NCBI GenBank assembly: GCA_043778225.1
Contig: JAYWGM010000065.1
Coordinates: 1-19,662 of the forward strand
Source: Deinococcales bacterium
GTDB lineage: Bacteria; Deinococcota; Deinococci; Deinococcales; JAAFIG01
DNA length: 19,662 bases
Direction of reading: 5' to 3'
In this document: positions 14,517-19,662 of the stretch, in pieces
How the letters are laid out: the number at the start of each line of letters is the position of its first letter
Position numbering within the stretch: position 1 is the first letter of the stretch
Notes under the pieces: model-generated
The model's input: only the letters and a program-made list of their open reading frames with translations
Told to the model about the DNA's origin: nothing
The model's database searches: none
Program-made: the position numbers and the translations under genes

Positions 14517-15257
14517 TCATACTTTCTTGGCTCGAGACTTTTGATGTTGTCGTTTATGGGCGGCTTTGATTTTCTCGAGTAATTCCCGTGGCTTGCTTTC
14601 AAATGCAGCAAAAGTGCTTATATTGTCATGTTTCAAATGGATTTGTCCTTCGCCTGTGTTGCCTCGGTGCTGACCAGTGGAATAATACTTGTTGGTGGCT
14701 ATTTCACTCGAGCATAAAACCCAGTAACGAATAATGTCGCGCCAAACGGCTATCCAAATAAAAATATCACTGCAATCAGGTTTGACTTGTTGAAAATTCA
14801 TGTCAAATCGTTTGCTTGAACTCGAGGCTAGGGCTTTGACATAAAGGGCTTCTTGGCTATCAAAATCTACGGCTCGAGAGGCTTTAACTTCGATTTTGAT
14901 ATTACCCAGTAAAAAATCGTATTGCCCTGAGTAACTTGAGTCTAGTTTCTTAGTGGGTTTGACCAGTTCAGGAACGATTTCTTTCAAATGTCCTTGCGCC
15001 CAATTTTCTCCGAATCCTCTGGGCGAAGTCATTTCAAAAAGATGCAGGTACATATTTCGAGCTAAGTATTCGTCGCGCAGGTCGTAATAATCGTTTAGGG
15101 AAATTTTGTTGTTTCCCATCAGGCTGGAAATTAGAAATTCAAATTCGTTAAAGGGATACACCGAAAATAAATCATCGAGCCTTTGCATAATCTCTTCGCG
15201 TTTGGTTTGCTCTAATTGCTCGAGAAGTGTTTGTAAATGCTGTTTTAAGATTTCCAT
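14517..15257 (-). CDS. Putative type II restriction endonuclease
   Basis: PD-(D/E)xK-like YDFLLGNIKIEVKASR and NFQQVKP. Overlaps the end of the methyltransferase. GGAGAGG RBS before ATG 15257. Confidence 0.7.
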   Translation of the reverse strand: MEILKQHLQTLLEQLEQTKREEIMQRLDDLFSVYPFNEFEFLISSLMGNNKISLNDYYDLRDEYLARNMYLHLFEMTSPRGFGENWAQGHLKEIVPELVKPTKKLDSSYSGQYDFLLGNIKIEVKASRAVDFDSQEALYVKALASSSSKRFDMNFQQVKPDCSDIFIWIAVWRDIIRYWVLCSSEIATNKYYSTGQHRGNTGEGQIHLKHDNISTFAAFESKPRELLEKIKAAHKRQHQKSRAKKV

Positions 15258-17197
15258 GATGCCTCTCCGATGGTTTGTTGAATTAAACCAATTTCTTCTT
15301 CGGTTAAACAAAAAACTTGATATACCAAAGCATTGATTTCTGAGCTATCCGTTTTCTGCTCGAGTATCTGGTTCACTTTACTCTCGATTTCATCATGTAT
15401 TTCTGGCTCGAGAACCGGAAATGGTAATTTTTCAAGGTCGCCTCGCAGCACCTTATGGGTGGCAAATTTCCTGGTAAATAAAAACTGAAATAAGCTCGAG
15501 TTTAGGAATGCCATCACGACTTTAATACTCATATTTGGAATTTTTGGAATCAGGATATTGGCACTGTTGAGTGTTAGGGCTTGTGATTGATCAAATGCAA
15601 AAACCAGTTTTTTGGATATGAATTTGTACACCAGTTTTTCTTCGGCTCGAAAGAAGCGTTCTGGTGCGACTTGCTGAAATTCGTTTGGAGTAAATTCTAT
15701 AAATGTTTTGGCTTCTATTAGGTAAAATGGTTGTATGTCGCTGCCCCTAAAAATAGGCTCGAGATTTGGTGATTGCTCCAAGCGTAAGAACTTGGTGTTA
15801 TTGCCTGTGACAATGCCAAGCGCCCATTCGGAATGCCCGTGCAAGGTGAAATGCGGTGTGGTATAAATTTTTGCAATTAATGCTTGCTGGTCAGTATCTA
15901 CTTGTGTATCAAAAATAAAGTCTGAGTTTTTCAAAAATCTATTCTGATTGACTCGAGTCGTAATGTTCTTATCGTCTATTAGGTCAAGCCAATGGTCTTC
16001 TGGAATTGCTTTTTGAATATCCAAACGAATAACAGGTGTGAAAACCTCACTAAATTGCCGTCCCAATTCAATAATCCTGATTATTGAATTGTTCTTGAGA
16101 ATGTATGCTCGAATGTCCGCATGGGTTTTTATTTTCAAAATGGATTCAGGCAAAATAAAAGATAGTTCGCCGTTTTGTTTGAGTAATTGCAAGGATTTTA
16201 GTATAAACATGGAGAATGTCTCACCAGATTGAAGTATGCCCTCGAACTGCTTTGGGATACTCGAGTTTTTATATGCGCCCCAAGGCGGATTGGTGGCAAT
16301 CACATCAAAAAAACCTATCAGATGATTTGTTTCGCAAAAAAATTCTTCATTTGCAAGTTCAGAAAGTGCATCTAAACAAAAAATTCTAGGTGTAAATTCT
16401 GAAGTCTTAAATTGCAATAATAAGTTAATTCGAGCAATTTGTACGGCAATGCTGTCAATATCAAACCCATAAATTGATTCTGGTTGCAAAGAAAACACTT
16501 GCGCTGCGCCAATCAAGTATTTTCCAGTTCCACAACAAGGGTCTAAAAAATTACTGACATTTTCGAGCATCACATCTTTTAAGGCTTCTTGTACCAAATG
16601 TGTTGGGGTGTAATACGAACCCAAATTCGATTTGTTACCTTCGCTGCGTAAAGACTGATAAAGAATTCCAAGGAAATCATCAGTATTCTGCTCGAGAAGT
16701 GAAGCATAGACACTTGAATATAAGTCTCTGTGCTGAATCGTGCCAAAACTGGCTTGCCAATTGTTCATTTCTTTTTGAACCGAAACTCGAGTAAAAATGG
16801 CTTTGGTTAAGTCAAAAATATCGATTTGTGTACTTCTTTTTATCTCAAAATTCTGCTCGAGTTGACAAATAGTTGCTAAGAATAAAAGTGGTTCAAGCTC
16901 GAGTGCATTTTCCTTAAATTTTTGCACAATCAATTGCAGATTCCCGAGGTCATCAGCATTTGTCGCCGACTCAAGCGGAATAAAATTCTGTTTGGACTGC
17001 GCTTTATTTGCCCGAATATGCAGCTTCTGAATAGAACCATCGGAAATTTGGTTTTTAAGACTAATTAAACTGTCCTCCGAGAAAGCCAAGGGATGGGCAT
17101 TCACAGGACTGACGTACCCAGCCTTGACCCAATTGCGAATGGTCGCAGAGGAAACGCCTATGATTTGTGCAGCCTTATCTATGGAAACTTGATTCAT
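15245..17197 (-). CDS. N6-adenine DNA methyltransferase (gamma/TaqI-like) with N-terminal HTH
   Basis: GSYYTP, motif I FLDPCCGTG and motif IV NPPW. C-terminal TaqI_C-like TRD (GIVTGNN, FRGSDI, KLVYKFI, LNSS..LEKLPFP). N-terminal AAQIIGVSSATIRNWVKAG HTH. Confidence 0.9.
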   Translation of the reverse strand: MNQVSIDKAAQIIGVSSATIRNWVKAGYVSPVNAHPLAFSEDSLISLKNQISDGSIQKLHIRANKAQSKQNFIPLESATNADDLGNLQLIVQKFKENALELEPLLFLATICQLEQNFEIKRSTQIDIFDLTKAIFTRVSVQKEMNNWQASFGTIQHRDLYSSVYASLLEQNTDDFLGILYQSLRSEGNKSNLGSYYTPTHLVQEALKDVMLENVSNFLDPCCGTGKYLIGAAQVFSLQPESIYGFDIDSIAVQIARINLLLQFKTSEFTPRIFCLDALSELANEEFFCETNHLIGFFDVIATNPPWGAYKNSSIPKQFEGILQSGETFSMFILKSLQLLKQNGELSFILPESILKIKTHADIRAYILKNNSIIRIIELGRQFSEVFTPVIRLDIQKAIPEDHWLDLIDDKNITTRVNQNRFLKNSDFIFDTQVDTDQQALIAKIYTTPHFTLHGHSEWALGIVTGNNTKFLRLEQSPNLEPIFRGSDIQPFYLIEAKTFIEFTPNEFQQVAPERFFRAEEKLVYKFISKKLVFAFDQSQALTLNSANILIPKIPNMSIKVVMAFLNSSLFQFLFTRKFATHKVLRGDLEKLPFPVLEPEIHDEIESKVNQILEQKTDSSEINALVYQVFCLTEEEIGLIQQTIGEASWKS

Positions 17198-17220
17198 AAC
17201 TCCTTCTTCTTTGCGCGAGG

Positions 17221-17265
17221 CTCGAGATTAGGGCTTTGGTTGGGCAAGGCGTGCCTAGCCCCTAC
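17221..17265 (-). repeat. Cassette-boundary repeat R5
   Basis: Minus strand GTAGGGGCTAGGCACGCCTTGCCC-AACCAAAGCCCTAATCTCGAG, between vapC and the MTase. Confidence 0.9.
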
Positions 17266-17278
17266 GGTTCAGGACGGG

Positions 17279-17665
17279 TTAAATCAATTCCACATCGTAA
17301 AGCCCAAAGAATTCATCATCTGAAACCAAGGTGGCATTCTCGCTTATGGCTTGGGCTATCAGCATTCGGTCAAACGGGTCTTTGTGATGCAACGGCAAAG
17401 GCTTTAAGACATCCAAATGCTTGGTTTGAATCTCGAGAATCTGAAAATCGAGGTTTACTAGGTGCTGCTCGAGTTTTGTTAAACTCATTTCAAGTGGCAG
17501 ATTTAACTTACCCATCCCAGCTTTGATGCTCATTTCCCAAAGACTGGCAATGCTTACTAAAACCTCGTTAGAGCCGTCCTCAATGATTTCCGAGTGCCTT
17601 AACTTGCGTTTTGGATTCTCCTCGAGATGCCAAATGAGAACGTGGGTATCAAGTAAAATCCTCAT
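17279..17665 (-). CDS. vapC: VapC/PIN toxin
   Basis: LLDTHVLIW, SIASLWEMSIK.GK and LPLHHKDPFDRMLIAQA..E...LVSDD. ATGA-coupled to the antitoxin. Confidence 0.93.
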   Translation of the reverse strand: MRILLDTHVLIWHLEENPKRKLRHSEIIEDGSNEVLVSIASLWEMSIKAGMGKLNLPLEMSLTKLEQHLVNLDFQILEIQTKHLDVLKPLPLHHKDPFDRMLIAQAISENATLVSDDEFFGLYDVELI

Positions 17666-17877
17666 TCCATGTACTCCTTAAATTCTTCGAGTGGGGCGTT
17701 AAAATCCTCGCTCATTTTCCAGCCTTTTAAGCTGCCAAGCGCACCTCGAGTTTTCTTCTTGGTGGCAGTAATTTCAAAAGCCTGATTTTCTATGGTGACA
17801 ACAATTTTTTCGCCTTCAACAGCTTTCATAATCAGGGCTTCTAGGTTTTGTTGGGCTTCTAGTATGCTTACGGTCAT
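17662..17877 (-). CDS. Phd/YefM-like antitoxin (DUF2281-like C-terminus), copy 1
   Basis: MTVSILEAQQNL...GEKIVVT...GSLKGWKMSEDFNAPLE, directly upstream of vapC. Confidence 0.87.
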   Translation of the reverse strand: MTVSILEAQQNLEALIMKAVEGEKIVVTIENQAFEITATKKKTRGALGSLKGWKMSEDFNAPLEEFKEYME

Positions 17878-17890
17878 GGTTTTCTCCTTT

Positions 17891-17913
17891 CTCGAGGCTT
17901 GGGGCTTTGGGCA
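17891..17913 (-). repeat. Cassette-boundary repeat R6 (short)
   Basis: Minus strand TGCCCAAAGCCCCAAGCCTCGAG, followed by the same AAAGGAGAAAACCATGACCGTAAGCAT as after R3. Confidence 0.9.
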
Positions 17914-17935
17914 TTGGTTTAATTATGAAACAAAT

Positions 17936-18574
17936 TTATGAACTACTTTGCCAATTTTTTTCGAGAATTTGTGTACCACCAATTGAAGCTATTTCAGTAG
18001 GGGTTGCTTCTCGAGAATGCAGCCATGCGTTTATACTTACTTCAATTGCAAAGTCATCATTGAAAGAGCATAAAACACTGCCCGCCGAGCTATGCCAAGC
18101 CACTGAACCTCCAAAAGTTGCACATGGAAATGAAGTTTCCCAAGGCGGATATGATGGATATTCAAGGTTCAAATCTAAGATACTTCGCACAATATTTTTA
18201 CGGATTTCTCGAGGGATTTCAGATGGCGAATTATGTATCTGTCGAATCGGACAATCTAGTACAACTTGGATAATTGCATTTTTAACAACATCAAAATCTT
18301 CATCGTGAAAATGTGTCAAAGGTGGGAAATTATTTTCCTCGCGCATAAAACGGACAACAGAATAGAAAACCCAACCTGAATCTAAAGAATACTCGCGTTG
18401 CTGATTGCGATGATCTTCTATTTTCCTTGAGTACCAATTCAAAAGCGCAATCAATTCCCAAGTGCCATCAAAAATACTAATGGAACTATATTCAGAAAGG
18501 TTCTTTAGCTTTTCTGGAGAAGTCAGAATATCTTCGTAATGTGGGTAATCTTTTGAGTCAATGATAAGTTTCAT
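17936..18574 (-). CDS. Hypothetical protein (212 aa)
   Basis: AT-rich ORF whose ATG overlaps the NUDIX stop (ATGA). No motif recognised. Confidence 0.7.
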   Translation of the reverse strand: MKLIIDSKDYPHYEDILTSPEKLKNLSEYSSISIFDGTWELIALLNWYSRKIEDHRNQQREYSLDSGWVFYSVVRFMREENNFPPLTHFHDEDFDVVKNAIIQVVLDCPIRQIHNSPSEIPREIRKNIVRSILDLNLEYPSYPPWETSFPCATFGGSVAWHSSAGSVLCSFNDDFAIEVSINAWLHSREATPTEIASIGGTQILEKNWQSSS

Positions 18575-19488
18575 AAACTATCCTGCTCGAGTTTAGTTTT
18601 GAGTTCATCAATAAATTCAGCCATTTCCCAGTCAATTTGTGCTTCTGTTATTGGTACAAACGAATGCTTAAAAACCTTGCCTTTGTCATCTTCGCCGTCT
18701 GATACAACCCATTCCCAAGAATCCCTAGGCTCGAGGGTCTTAAACCAATAGTAATACCTGTCCTCCAGAAATTCGAGCGGCGAACCATTTTCTGGGTGTG
18801 CGCCTTTGAAGTAATAGTCTTGCCGCCCGAGAAAAACAGGATTCTCGAGACTTAGCCCGCTTTCCTCGAGAATTTCGCGCTTGGCGGCTTCTAAAGGCGT
18901 TTCGCTATCTTCAATGCCGCCTGCTGGTACGCCCATGCCGCCGTCTGGGTGTCCCGAGAAGGTCAGGACTTCGTGTCCTCGGGTGATGTAACAAATCACG
19001 CATGGGCGAATATTGGCGCGTGAAATCTGTAACTCGAGTCCGAGGTGTTTTCCCAATTCGGGTAGCATCGCATCCATATCGTAATGCAGTATCACATTCT
19101 CGAGTTTTTCAAAGCGGTGATAAAAAACGTATTTTTCTTCGGCGAAATGCTCCCACGTATCCCGTTTTTCAGTTGTCTCGAGCCACACAAAATGCCAGAC
19201 TGATGTACTCATCCCATTTTTGTATAAGCCAGAACCAAGATGCTGTTTCATTTCGAGGTTCTCGAGTCCTGTTTCCTCATGGGCTTCTCGAGTTGCGGCT
19301 TCAAAAACTGTTTCGCCAGTCTCGAGTCCACCGGCTGGGACTTGAATTCCTGCGGTTGGATACTTAGCTTCGTGTTCAAAGACTAAAATCTCGAGTCCTC
19401 GGGTGATGTAGACACAAACCCGTTGGCGTATGCCGTTGGCTCGGGCGTGTGCTTGGGCTGTCTCGAGATTGGCATACTTGGTAAACAT
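18571..19488 (-). CDS. Tandem double-NUDIX hydrolase
   Basis: Two Nudix boxes, GGLETGETVFEAATREAHEETGL and GGIEDSETPLEAAKREILEESGL, each preceded by a C.YITRG.E(I/V)L repeat. GAGG RBS. GTG at 19494 is an alternative start. Confidence 0.92.
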   Translation of the reverse strand: MFTKYANLETAQAHARANGIRQRVCVYITRGLEILVFEHEAKYPTAGIQVPAGGLETGETVFEAATREAHEETGLENLEMKQHLGSGLYKNGMSTSVWHFVWLETTEKRDTWEHFAEEKYVFYHRFEKLENVILHYDMDAMLPELGKHLGLELQISRANIRPCVICYITRGHEVLTFSGHPDGGMGVPAGGIEDSETPLEAAKREILEESGLSLENPVFLGRQDYYFKGAHPENGSPLEFLEDRYYYWFKTLEPRDSWEWVVSDGEDDKGKVFKHSFVPITEAQIDWEMAEFIDELKTKLEQDSL

Positions 19489-19491
19489 AAA

Positions 19492-19662
19492 CACCTCGTC
19501 CGTAAAATATGCGGACGAGATGGGTGCGTTGTCGCGCCGTCCCGCGTTACCACCGCTTTTCTCGAGCCGAGTTCTTAAAAAACTGGTCGAGCGCTCTTGC
19601 TACGCTGTGATGGGCGCTCCCAGAGGATTCTACTGGTGTGGGCGTGTGACCGCCCACCTGTT
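19492..19662 (-). promoter_or_regulatory. T-box riboswitch leader, probably Val-specific (5' part runs off the window)
   Basis: T-box sequence GCGG-UGGUAAC-GCGGGA (19556-19540) pairs with UCUCGU-CCGC (19520-19511) to form the antiterminator with a 7-nt bulge. The alternative hairpin CAUCUCGUCCG...CGGACGAGGUG (19522-19492) covers the NUDIX SD and is followed by UUUAUGUUU. UGGU is complementary to ACCA (A73, as in tRNA-Val). Candidate GUA specifier at 19633-19631. Confidence 0.85.

Noticed and set aside
10755..17913. CRISPR array interpretation of R1-R6
   Set aside because: Spacing is 0.3-2.7 kb and filled with genes, and there are no cas genes.
217..19367. Many short antisense or overlapping ORFs in the six-frame track (e.g. 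867-1241, 8109-8480, 11378-11884, 17907-18308, 19002-19367)
   Set aside because: They are shadows of well-supported genes, with no motifs or RBS.

Overview
Chromosomal window, most likely from a Deinococcota (Deinococcales-like) bacterium. This is inferred from the ValS sequence, a Val T-box leader and TANNNT boxes 5-7 nt before several leaderless ATGs. The left 4.3 kb is core-like: an internally deleted MATE remnant, an M28 aminopeptidase, manA, a GNAT and a sugar ABC permease. From 4.3 kb to the end, everything lies on the minus strand as one block built around valS. A T-box riboswitch leader at ~19490-19662 (UGGU bulge, putative GUA specifier) sits about 10 kb upstream of valS. Between them are a tandem NUDIX gene and a compact array of defence/TA cassettes: a hypothetical gene, Phd-VapC, a type II R-M pair, DUF1016, an orphan HicB, Phd plus a deleted VapC, AAA ATPase-DUF4276, and a stand-alone reverse transcriptase. 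The cassettes are separated by six copies of a GTAG-REP-like repeat that ends in CTCGAG just upstream of the next gene. Stranded copies of gene 3' ends (valS, hicB, vapC, NUDIX) mark the junctions, each at or next to a CTCGAG. A second integrase-free insert (SMEK-domain gene plus HTH-PIN pair) lies between valS and a diverged copy of its own 3' end. CTCGAG is very over-represented (hand count about 125-130, versus about 5 expected). No integrase or transposase is visible. The candidate new system is an integron-like but attC/IntI-free, REP/CTCGAG-delimited defence cassette array inside an essential T-box-regulated tRNA synthetase transcription unit.
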